Part shown: one piece after another, positions 25,001-35,855 of the stretch
Position numbering within the stretch: position 1 is the first letter of the stretch
How the letters are laid out: each line of letters starts with the position of its first letter
Assembly (NCBI GenBank): GCA_000708835.1
Contig: DF236981.1
Span: 124,001 to 188,000, forward strand
DNA: 64,000 bases
Direction: 5' to 3'
From: Klebsormidium nitens
Taxonomy: Eukaryota > Plantae > Klebsormidiophyceae
Notes under the pieces: generated by a model
Databases searched by the model: none
What the model was told of the DNA's origin: nothing
The model's input: only the letters and a program-made list of their open reading frames with translations
Position numbers and translations under genes: made by a program

Positions 25001-28000
25001 GCATCCTCGAAACAGCATGGAATAGAATCACCAGATATTTCAGACTGCATCCATTTACACGAAATCAACAAGCGGTTACTCTGTCGAACTCCCCCGCCTG
25101 TCTGCCACGCGCTTCTGCCGTTCGCCCTTGCTGACGCCCGCTCGTGTCGCCGTCCGCAGCCCTGGAGTCCCCCTTCGTCGCCCTGTTCGACGGCGACACA
25201 GAGCCGCACCGCGACTTCCTGACCCGCACGCTGCCGCTCTTCTACCGCTTCGAGCCCGAGACGAAACGGTGGCGCGTCAACTGGGAGGTCGGGTTTGTGC
25301 AAACCCGGCAGCGGTTCAAGAACGTCGCGCACCGCTTCGGGCCGGATGACCCGCTGAACCAGTCCAACGGTGTTTTCTTCTCCGCAATCCAGGTGCGTCC
25401 ATTGAAAGATATCACTCTGGTTCAATTGGGGTTTGGGGGTTTAAGCGTTTACAGCTTTTCCCCTAACAACAATAGCAGTAGAGTTAGTTTCCGCAGTGAC
25501 TTGGACGGCCGAGGCAATTGAGGCATAATTACCACAAAGCTAGAAAAGGATAAGTACTTCGTCTGAGTGAGCTTTTTAAAAACAGGAGAGGCCACTTTGT
25601 GCATGTTATACAGACCTCTATCTTCACACCCTTTTCACTCGGTTGGCAGTTTCTTAAGGACGTGTCTTTACTGGCTTGCTCTTTGCGTGATGCAGGCGGG
25701 CCGCGACGGGCTGGGCATGGCTGACTCCTTGGGAACGAATGAGATCTACTTCAGACCTGGTGAGACCTCATCAGGATCGGCACAGATCTTGATTCAAAAG
25801 CGCGCCCTCGTCTTACAATGATATCGATTCTCAATTGAGATTCAAAGCGTTCTTGGAGAGATAACACTGAACCATCCTGAAAAGCACATAAGCTGTGATC
25901 AAGTCTGATTCTAGAGAACCCTCGTTTCGTCTATAAGCAACCAGCAAATACCTAAACTCGTATAGGTACGACTGATTTTTCATGGTGTCGAAGACGATCA
26001 CTCTGAGCGCAAGGTGTCAACGCAACGCACCATTTTCCGTGACTCGCTCCCCCTTCCACCCCCTTACCAAAACGGAACGTGGCCTCCGGTCAAAGTGCCG
26101 TTTGCTGACGTTTCCTTCGTCCTTCAGCTCTGGATGACGCACTCGGCTTGGTGTACGGCCCGCTGTCTGGAGACCTCGCGACCGGGGTGAAACTGCACAA
26201 CTTCGGCTGGAAGGTGGGTATGTCAAAATAGACACCCTAAAAAGAACCCACTCGCTTGCAGAGCAGAGCACTTTCAATGAAACCTTCAGTGGGCGTGTCT
26301 CTGAGCAAGAAACGACCAATGTGTGTTGACCTTTGTTTCAAAACACGGATACTCAGCTTGGAAGTACCCGTTGGAGGGGAATTCTTTGCGCAGTGGTTTG
26401 GCTGGAGTCGGAGGTTCCTTTGCGCGGGATTCAGCAATACAAGTAGCCCCTCAGACTTTTAAGAAAGACATACTTTTCTCAAGTGCTGCCTTTTCTCGAT
26501 CTAGGAACGAAAGTATCTGGGTCTGCGTCCTCATAACCTCAAGCACGCTGAGCTGTAAACGCTGCCTTTATAGTTCTCTTGGGTTTCCTTGACGTCAGCT
26601 TTTTCTTTGACTGCAGGGCCTGTACTTGAACGCGGTTCTGGCGGAAGGCCTTTGCCGGAACACTGTCGGAGACACGCTGCTCGAGCGGAAGAGATGGGTG
26701 GTCGGGTAAGCTTCCAAAAAAACACTCAATGCTTTTCTGAGCTAAGCTCCTGATGGCCCCATTATGACCCAGATGCCCTTCCTGAACTCGCGGCCTCAAC
26801 TGAGTCCCGCTGTTAGCATTGTTCGCGTGTCTCCTTTTCTGCGAGAAGCGCGAAGAGCTGGAAGGAACCCTTTTCATACTTTGCAAGGTTCCTGACGGAC
26901 CGGACAGCATGGGTGATTGTAAGATAGTACGGTCAAAGAAAGCGGCTCTTGCCCTTGAACTCTCCAAAACGCCGAAAATCCATTCCGCAGGTCCATCCAG
27001 ATGCTCTTGCTGTCCCTCAACTGGCGCGCGCTCTTCAGCGCGCGCTTTCTGGTCGCCCCGCTGCGGCTCCAGACGGAGGCCCGGCTTGCGGCGCTGTTGA
27101 AGCGGCCCGAGCGCTTTGTCAACCCTCTCGCGGATGACGACGTCGGCTACGAGGCCCGCCAGATGCGCCGGGAGTCCTTCTGGATGGGCGTCGCGCGGCG
27201 CGTTCTGTTCCTGGAAACGGTGAGCTGTCATCTAGTTGTGGGACTCAATCTTGAGAAATCTGGGGAGCCGCAAGCGGCTGGGACGCCCGGTTGCAGCATA
27301 CGGACCGAGCGCTTGATCTTGGGATCGACAAGCTGGTTGAGACGTTGCACGCGAATGGTGCAACGCTCACTTGGTACGCAGCGACGAAAATGACACCGAG
27401 CGGATTTTTAAACGTTCACTCTCAGAACTCATCCGGGTCAGTAGTTGCGGCTGGTCACGCCCGTATTAAAAGCTGCGGCTAATGTGACAGCCGTACAGAG
27501 GATCCTTGCTTGACGTTGACCCTTGTTCCACTGTGCTCTATCCTCGCAAATTCCATGTTCACTCGTGCGGGTGCAGCAGAACCCCAATCAGGCCTACTGA
27601 CTTCCCACGGAACGAAAAGTACCCAGCACTTTCTTTTTTGCATTTTATAGACTCTGAGGCCGCTGGGATCGCTCGTCGCCTTCGCCATGATTATCCTCGC
27701 CCTCGTCTTCATGCTGGGCAACGTGCCCCCTCTGCGGTTCTTCCACGAAGGTGAATCGTGCTTTTGAAAACAGCTTCTGCCGCTTCTTCCAAGTAGTCCA
27801 AGTAGTCTAGAGACTTTTGTCCGCTCGGACAATCTGCCCAGCTTTTATTTGCGGCGGTTTGATGTAACGAGATATTGAGAAAATGGGTGGCAATGCGACT
27901 ACTCCGAAGAAGAACTACTGCTTCTAGTAGTAGTAGAAGATGATGAAGAGATTTGCGAATGAGTAGCTTCTCCATTTTAGCTATCAAACCCCAACATGTC

Positions 28001-31000
28001 GATAGACTGCCTAAAGTGGATGTGTCGTTCCTGCAGGAGGAGGTTGGACGTACGGACTTATTTATCTGGGCATCGTGGCTTCGTACCAGGTGAGGAGCAG
28101 TCGTTACCTGAAGAAAAGCAGCTAACGAGTTCTGGCCCAGGACCAAAATGGCCTTGTTTTATCAACCTGGGTATCTCGTGAAATCAGAATCCACAGCGGT
28201 CGCTTTGACTTGTGTGACTCGTGGTTCGCAGAAATGCGGCGAAACAGGTCCCAGATTATCGTACACGTTCACATGCCGCTGATCGAAATCTCACGATTCA
28301 AGAACTGCGATGCACAATCTTCAACTGAAGCTTGTGCAAGAGCGCAGTAAGCTTCTTCGTTGACAATGTTTGCCGGCGCCCTGTCAAGATGTTTTCTGCG
28401 CCCCTTGCACGAGCTTTTAAGAGATTCGTGGGCCGTTCAAGGGCTTGCGCGCTCGGGCGTAGCGGAGTCTTCAGATCCTTTTCAGGTAATGCCGCTACAA
28501 TGCACAATGTTAGCCGAAATCTCCGGCTTCGATGACGCACCTACGCACAGGCCAACCTCAGAATAAGCAGCTCTTACTGTCAAAAACGATCCTTTCTCGC
28601 GCTGATGTTGTTACTAAACCCCTTTGCAGTTTCTGCGGCTGTTTGCCATCTCCTTGGGTTGCTACAGCTTGTTCTTAGACGGCACTTCCGGGCAGGACGT
28701 CTGGCGTGAAGTCCAGGGCTACTTTACCTTCGCCTGGGTTTCCGCGCTCGGTAAGTTGCCCCGGTTGATGCGGCCCCCGTGTGCCTGCGGCCTTTCGGTG
28801 CTCCGTGGAATGCCCCGTCCCTCGCATGATATGAATCTGCCTGCTGGTCATGTCGTTTGCTTTATGCTTCCTGGAAAGAGCGGCGCGAAGCTGTGACTCG
28901 GAAATACAGGGGGTTATCTGGAGCTTTACAAAAAATTTGCGGACTGGGCGTCATCTATCAAAGCCCTGTGCTGTGATTAATTTCTTTGTCAGAAACCACA
29001 TCGAGGATAAACCGAGCAGAGGAGGAGTCCATATCCAAGCACCATGTTCCAGTTCGGCCTCCCAATCTCCGCTAGGATTCTCGCCGTCCTTGGCAAGATC
29101 TCAAAGTCACTCTTCAGAAAAGCCATACAAACAAGACACCGCACGAAAGCCATTCAGGAAAAAAGGAGGATATTGAATCGACATTCGCCGACAGTCAATG
29201 GATAGCCGCACCCTTCAAAAATGCATCGCATCCGCTCAAACGACCGCAGCTGGGGGCTGACGCGCTCGCGCACAGAATGTAAAATTCACTCTGTGTGGCG
29301 CGCAGGCATCGTGGAGGCGGTCGCGGGCGCAGTGTCAGGCCGCAGGATCCAGTGGGAGACGCAGAAGAAGGGCCTCCGCCCGCTGGCCGAGCTGCCCAAC
29401 GTGTTCCTGCTCTTCGTCCTCTTCGGCAGCATCTGCATCGCGTTCGTCAACATCTTCGTCAAGGTGGGATGACGTCAGCGGGCTCCAAATGGCCTCCGCT
29501 TTAGCCTCGTTAGTCTCGGCTTTCCTGCGGCTCCGACTTTTCTCTGGTGATCGTCAGAATCTGCAATGCATTTCTGTCCCTGCAAAACCTTATCTGCCGC
29601 CGAACAACGATGGAGGCACTCGGTGCCGTTGCTTGTGTAGGTTTTCTGTGGATGTGCTTATGGGCGAAGCCATACCCTTGCACCGTGGAAGCTTCAACTT
29701 GAGAACCCACAGAAGCTTGACTTTCTTTTTCCCGCAAGGATCCACCGCGCGCCGAACAGCTCCCTAGACGCCGTCGGATACGGCGTGCTCCTGTGAGCGT
29801 GCATCCGGCTCACAGTTTGAATTCACTTGGCGGAATGTATTTTCAAGTTTTAAAACCCAAATTCTCGCCTTTCACATAATCCCTCAAGCTAAAAAGCATT
29901 TTTGCTGAAACCTAGACCTCGACACCGGCGTTTCTGCAGGGATCCACCGAACGCCGGACGACGATGGACTCCATGGATGCCGTCGCACACGGCATCTTCC
30001 TGTGGGTGTGCATTTGATCCACGCCCTTTGAAGTTTCACCTGAAAAGACATAAACCAGAACCATAAAAATGGCCACCTGAAAGCAATGAAGCCCGGATAC
30101 CAAGATTTTCTGTTCCCGCAGGGATCCACGGAACGCCGGACAACGATGGACTCAATGGATGCTGTCCCGTAAGGCTTCTTCCTTTGGGTGTGCATCTGGC
30201 CCGAACCCTACAAATCTTAACCAAAAACATCTTCACTTCAATTTCAAGCCAAACCCCCTCTTCTCTGCAGGGATCCACCGAACGCCGGACAACGATGGAC
30301 TCAATGGACGCTGTCGCGTACGGCGTGTTCCTGTGGGTGTGCATCTGGCCGTCCACGCGCTGCACGCTCGCGGCGCTCGCGCGCATGCCGCTCTGGTCGT
30401 TCAAGATGCCCAAGTTCGTGTGGACCGCCGCCGGAATCGTCATCGGAATCGCCATCATTTCAATCATGGGGCGCTACGCGCAGCCCGCGCCGAACATCGG
30501 CGCGTTCGAACGGAACGACTACCCGACGGGGCCGATCATTGGGCCGGTGAGCGCGCGCGCGGAAAAAGTCTTAGTTCTTCTCTGAATGTTCCTTATGATC
30601 ATGGTGCGGTTGTAGAGCATAATTTTCTGGACTTTTTGTCACTCTCACAGGCAAGTACTTGGTCCGAAGAAACGAGTTTGTCCGTTTCATCTTCTCGGAA
30701 GAAGATGACCACTCGCTTTGGTCTGACAAAATAGCACCTTTCGCTGAAGCTGTGGCACCGTTTTTCTTGACTGGGTGTGAACTACGCGTTCCCGACAGAT
30801 TGCAACGTGGCGCTTTCGCTTCTGCCAGCTTTCGTCAACCTTGCAATCCTCTTCCTTCAGTAGAGCACAAAATTGCGCTCAAGTAGAACAGGAGAAAGCG
30901 AAGACGTCTTCTTTGCATGCTCCAGGACGGCGTCACAATCTACCAGAACGCGAGCCTGGCTTTCCAGACGGTCTTTTGGGGCCCCAACAAGATCTTCCTC

Positions 31001-34000
31001 CCGGCCGATGCGGCGACATCCACGTACGACACCGGAGGATACGTCCTCGTAAGTGCTCGTCTATTGTATTCCGCGCTTCACTGTTGCATGCCCTTGAAAA
31101 GATACTCAACCGTTCATTAACTAGCTTTGCGTGCAAGGATGCTCGAAATAATTCTCTTAGAGCCTGGACCGAGGCCTGAATGTCGAAAAAGAGGCTTGGA
31201 AAAGAGTTTGCATGCATGTGAATGTAATGAACTTGGAAGTCGAGCTTCTGATTAGCTGCCTCAAAAGGCCGAATCGTTTCTTCGGCTCGCGCCCTAAAGT
31301 ACTGCTTTATCCTCAAGTTCTGCATGAACTTTCCGCCCACTTACAACGCGCAATATTTGACGCCATTCGTTGATCAATGTTATATTCGGTTTGAAAAAAA
31401 GGAGGCTCATCAATCCCAGACGTGCTTTCTTGTGTATAGGACTCTTCGACTGGGCGGGTGTCTTCGCAGCTTATGGGATACGCGATGATGATTGCAGTCC
31501 AGCTCAAGTAAGCCGGCTCTTTCCTCTACGAACTTCTGCATTACTCTGCCCCGATGAATCAGGCACTGCTTTTCTTCCGCGTATGGCCGAGTCGTCGGTG
31601 TTCAGGCCAGGCGCGGCTTTTACGAGATGTTCGTGCATTGTCTCGCCAAGGCTGAGATGCCGGTCAGTTTCCCATTACTAAATCAAGGGTCCGCGTCTTC
31701 AAAACGGTACAGTTTCCATTGGGTATTCGAAACTATGACCTACTGCTAAACCTAAGGTTTGCTTTGCAGCCAACGAACTGAGTTTGACGCACTCTGGAGG
31801 TGGGTCCAGTCCAACATGATGCCTCAGCCCCCGAGCCCCTACTACGGCTATGTGGCTTCGCAGGTAAGTTACACAGCGTCACACATGGTTCGGAGATCCA
31901 GCTATTTTGAGTTTCTGCGCGCCAATCTCGTATCATCATCGAGGAAGAGTGACCACATGATGGTTTGAGATCATCGTGAGCATATGGTTGATGTCTTGGA
32001 ATATGGGGATGCGCTCATTCGACGACGCTCCGATGGAACTCGTCCTGAGGGCATGGGGTCCTTAGGCTCGTGAACAAACGTTCCGTTTGTTTCTCTAAGT
32101 CCATATGAGGAACTCCCACCCGAATCGTTCACGCTCACAATACCTTAACAAATACGTAGCTGGACGTGACTGCAAAAAACTGTTGTAGGGATCTGAAACA
32201 GCTCTTACTCTTATCGAACAGCGCCGGTGTCGAGCCTCTCTGAACTCTGAAATCGACTGACACGTCTGTACTGCCCATCCAGGTTTCCCCGGACGGCACT
32301 ATTCTGAACCCCGCTCCTTTCCCGGACGCGGAGCAATACATGGCGACTGCGCTCATGTTCGCTGGGTCAAGATGGCAAGCCCTAGGTTAGTCGGTCTTTC
32401 CAAGAAAGCACTCACGTCGCGGCTTTATCTCCTCATATTATGTTATAATATCATCAAGTCGATTCTTCAGAACTTCCGCGATCAAGCCTCGATTGGCGAT
32501 AAAAGCTGTCGGGCCTATACAGAGTCAGTCCGCGCTTACTTTGCTGTTTCTTTTTTCTGGGGTAAAACATCTGATCATATCCTGAGGCCCTGCAAGTGGG
32601 TCAGAAGCTGCGGGCGGCAGCCTCTCCTGGCGATCGATACAAACAGGTATTGGCAAACATACTGGGGGCTCGTATGCTGAGCATCATGTGGGCCTAGGTC
32701 AGCCTCAATAAGGGCTTGTTAATGGCACAAGCCAAGGTTCTGCTGCTAAGTCTAACGGATCCAAAAAGCACCTAGAGGCCCGGTAAACTCACCACAGAGA
32801 TGAACACGAATAAAAGCTTTGAGGAATATAGTCTTGAGTAAGTAATGAGTAAGAGAGTCTCGAGCAAGACGGTGCTTGAAGAGCGAAGCGAAAGTGTTTG
32901 GCTGACGCGCACGATCCAGAACCTTGCGGCAGGCGCACAATCAAGTTACTTTCAAGCAGACTCCGGTCTAAAGACGACAACGCGTGTTGAACGGAACGGG
33001 ATTCCGGTGCAGGGCCGGACGGAAGCGGAGACTACCGGCAGGCGGCGTACGACATGCTGGAGACGATGCTGTACACGCAGCGGCTCAACGCCAACTTCGC
33101 AAACTCCACCGACATGTTCAACGGCACGTCGCACCTAGTGACGTACCAACCGGACCCCGTGACGTGAGTCTGACGTCATGGAGAGCTTGCCTGGCGCGCT
33201 GCAACGCTTGCCAAGCTGGAAGGCGGGATTCGAACGTGCTGAGCAGTACGACACAGGAACGATGCTGACGGATGCTGGGTTGAACGCTTCTTTGGCTTGG
33301 AGTTCTGACGGGTTTTGGCGACAACCGCTGAGAATGTCGGAATCTACCTACATTTATAGTCAGACTGGTTGTCTGTAGTGCTCCGGACAATTCTTCTAAA
33401 GCTTTAAGATTCTGCTTGCTGTCGACAGCAAGCCCCGCTAATCAGCGCGCGCGTAGGATCCGGCTGAAATGACTCAACAAAAGAAAGATTCTACAACATT
33501 AGAACAGACATCTGATTCCGAGGGGTTGACACCCAAGCTTCGCCCTCTTGTTGCTCAGGCGTGCTTACATCCGCACGGCCACTCTGAACCCCGCATTCTA
33601 CGAGGTTTGGCGGCGCTTCGCGCCCAAGCGACTCGGGGCGGGCGTCGGAGGCTTCTGGGAAAAGGCACGTGACGCTGCACGTGTCCTCCTTAGGTACGCC
33701 TGACGAGCCCTTTCATTCAGCATAAAAGACCTCATTTCGTAATTTCCGGAGAATTGCTCGTTTCATTCACCATACAACATTTTCACGTCTTCTTTGCAGC
33801 AGATACTCTACTTCGGATCTTTCTCTCTAAGAGAAAGGGAAAGTTTGCAGGCTTCCTCCTCGTAGAGAATTTTCGGCAAATTTTGCTGGCTTTGATGGGG
33901 ATTCAATTATATGAGTCTCATTTCGCTGTATTTGAGATGAAACGTCGAGATTCTGGAAGAGACGAGGTTGATTCTGGTAGCTTGCTCCAAAGCTGCTGGC

Positions 34001-35855
34001 AGGCGCCCTCCTCCTTCGAAACCAGTCCTCCGTTATATTCAGCACGATCGAACGCGACGCGACGTAAAGTGTCAGGTTTGGTACTTGCTGAAGCATAACC
34101 ATTTATCTCGCCATACAGTGTGTCCGGCAACTTAAACAGCGGACTGTTTCCGGAACTGGTCAACACGGACGGAAGCCCAAACAAGGGGCCCGACGGCACC
34201 GGCGACCAGTGGTCGAAGGACACGTGGATGGTGCAGCCCAACCTGGCGGTACGTCGACATCCCCGCAATGTTTCCGCTGGAGAAAGAGACTTGCAAAGTA
34301 AAGTGCGAGACTGAATTGAGGCAAACGATTAAGCGGCTGCAAGTTTTTAGTGTGCGTTTCCAAGATTTTGGAAGGTTTTCAAGTGCCTGTAGTGTGCCTT
34401 TTTCCTCGGTCGTTTCGATCATGATGGTTCGCCTGTAACTGTGCGCGACAGGTGTACTGGCGGAATGCCTTGCACCGTTCCATTTGACATGGGTGGTTGC
34501 GGTTTTGGAAAGACTACACAAGCCGGCGACCATTCAAGACGGCAAATACGGAATACAAGTTGTCTGCTTCCGTTTCCGCTGCAGCTCGACGTCATCTGGT
34601 GGGACCGGAACGGCGCGGCGCTCGACGCGTGCGTGCGGTACACCAACTTCTTGCTGGGTGAGCGGGCGTAGCTTCCCAAAGGCTTTTCCAAGTCTTGACT
34701 TCTCCTTTCTAGTCTTATTCGACCTCCAAAGAATCGCGAATACAGGACCCTCGCCGCGCGTAAGCAGTTTCGGACGATCAAATCCTACTTCGAAGAAGCG
34801 GTCGGAGGGCCAAAGTATACTGGATTAAGTCTAACACTGTCTTTGGGAGAAATGGGACACGCTTATTTATTTGAATGCCTGCGAGACAAATTGGCCAAGC
34901 TCGTGCTCATTTCATGTGCACCCATGCATGTCAGCATCAAGAACTTGCCTTCGGCGATGATACGAAAAACCTGGGCCCTGTTTACAGCGGAGGGCGTCAA
35001 GTTCTACGGCATCCGGTACCAGCCCAGCACGAACGCCATGCTGGAACAGGGCCTCAACTTCACCCAGCGGGTGGGGCTGGTCGCCGTGAACGCCATGCCG
35101 GCGATCGCGGCGGGATCCGCGGTCAACGCGCAACCCTTTTTCGACGCAATCCAGCAGATCGACGTGAGTTACTGTGATTCCTTCTTCGACCCCACAGATT
35201 CCCGTTATTGTCTGCATGAGATTCCGAAGCAGAAAGTTTAAGCGGCAGGAATCATTGAGCTCCCCAGCCTGGGACAGGTGGGGTTAGTTTTGGGTTTTAG
35301 GGTGGGTACGGGTGGGGAGCGTGGAATCCGTTGTTCCAAAGTTTTCAATATTAGTAGGAAGCTTGACATGTCTGGCTCTGGTTAATCCTGAATTAGACCG
35401 TTCCCTTCTGCGGCTTTCGACGTGCTCACCTAAATTTTGCCTACCGTCTTGCTTGCGACTTATACCTCATGCTGGTTTCAAGGACCGAGAAATTCCCGGG
35501 CCTGTGAACTTCTGCTACAATCCCCAGGCGACAGATGCCTCGTTAGATTCAGACGGAAGGCCTGCTCAATCCGCCGTAGCAGCCAGCCCTAGCACTCATG
35601 CGTCTCTTGCGCGCGGTCACCAACCTTTGCTTTGTGACAGATACTTGGTAAACCTGTCGCCTCAAGACATGTTTCTTTGTGTTCTTTGTGTTTCATTCCT
35701 TGTGAAGGATCCTTTTCTGCTTCCAGCTGGCGGCGATTATGACCGCCACCAACACCGACCGCGCCTTCCACGGCCTTCTGTACCTCCTCGGTCTGCTGAC
35801 GTCATCGGGCCGATATCGGGTCTTTGATCCCAACTACGGAGCGGGGCCAGAGTGA
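22100..35855 (+). CDS. GT2 (BcsA/cellulose-synthase-like) processive glycosyltransferase fused to a C-terminal GH8 (Rex-like) glycoside-hydrolase domain, about 1129 aa
   Basis: 25 GT-AG exons: 22100-22464, 23055-23136, 23416-23556, 23862-23926, 24503-24648, 25160-25392, 25696-25759, 26128-26213, 26617-26705, 26991-27219, 27651-27750, 28037-28089, 28630-28750, 29306-29463, 30271-30546, 30926-31048, 31440-31507, 31770-31863, 32283-32385, 33013-33163, 33559-33693, 34119-34248, 34585-34657, 34988-35163, 35727-35855. They total 3390 nt with consistent phases. GT2 motifs: WPHVDLCFTHFLEP, MDYPPDKLHIKILDDG, FKTGNVENAL, FDGD, FVQTRQRF..DDPL, GRDG..GTN, LHNFGWKGLYL, ERKRW, then several TM helices. GH8 motifs: MGYAMMIAVQLNQRTEFDALWRW, PFPDAEQYMATALMFAGSRW, PAFYEVW, SGLFPE, LDVIWW, VGLVAVNA, LLYLLGLLTSSGRYRVF. 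The true start may lie upstream (acceptor-like ttcccag near 22080). Confidence 0.88.
22652..22810. mobile_element. MITE-like fold-back element in intron 1 of the GT2-GH8 gene
   Basis: The left arm gaccggggctggggctgctgttggaagggctgacgtggcgaggtttagg matches the reverse complement of the right arm (gaccgggaccgggggtgctgttggaacagctgacggcgcgaggttttagg) over about 50 bp. No coding capacity. Confidence 0.65.
24350..24416. repeat. Short dispersed repeat, copy 1 (related inverted copy at about 45340-45412)
   Basis: acgtgctccgc...taacc...cctacc.accc.accc...cccgggc at 24355-24413 resembles the reverse complement of 45345-45409. Confidence 0.45.
29725..30350 (+). repeat. Three decayed copies of the acceptor plus first ~80 nt of GT2-GH8 exon 15, upstream of the functional copy
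   Basis: gca(g/a)ggatccac(c/g)g...cgcc...gga(c/t)gc(t/c)gtc...cct(g/t)tg(g/a)g(t/c)gtgcat occurs at about 29733, 29936, 30118 and 30267. Confidence 0.92.

Noticed and set aside
27291-27482. ORF QHTDRALDLGIDKLVETLHANG... inside the GT2-GH8 locus
   Set aside because: Intronic; the flanking exons 26991-27219 and 27651-27750 join in phase without it.
29725-30350. Repeat-spacer appearance suggesting a CRISPR-like array
   Set aside because: The repeats are diverged copies of a coding exon start in a eukaryotic intron, with irregular spacing and no cas genes.
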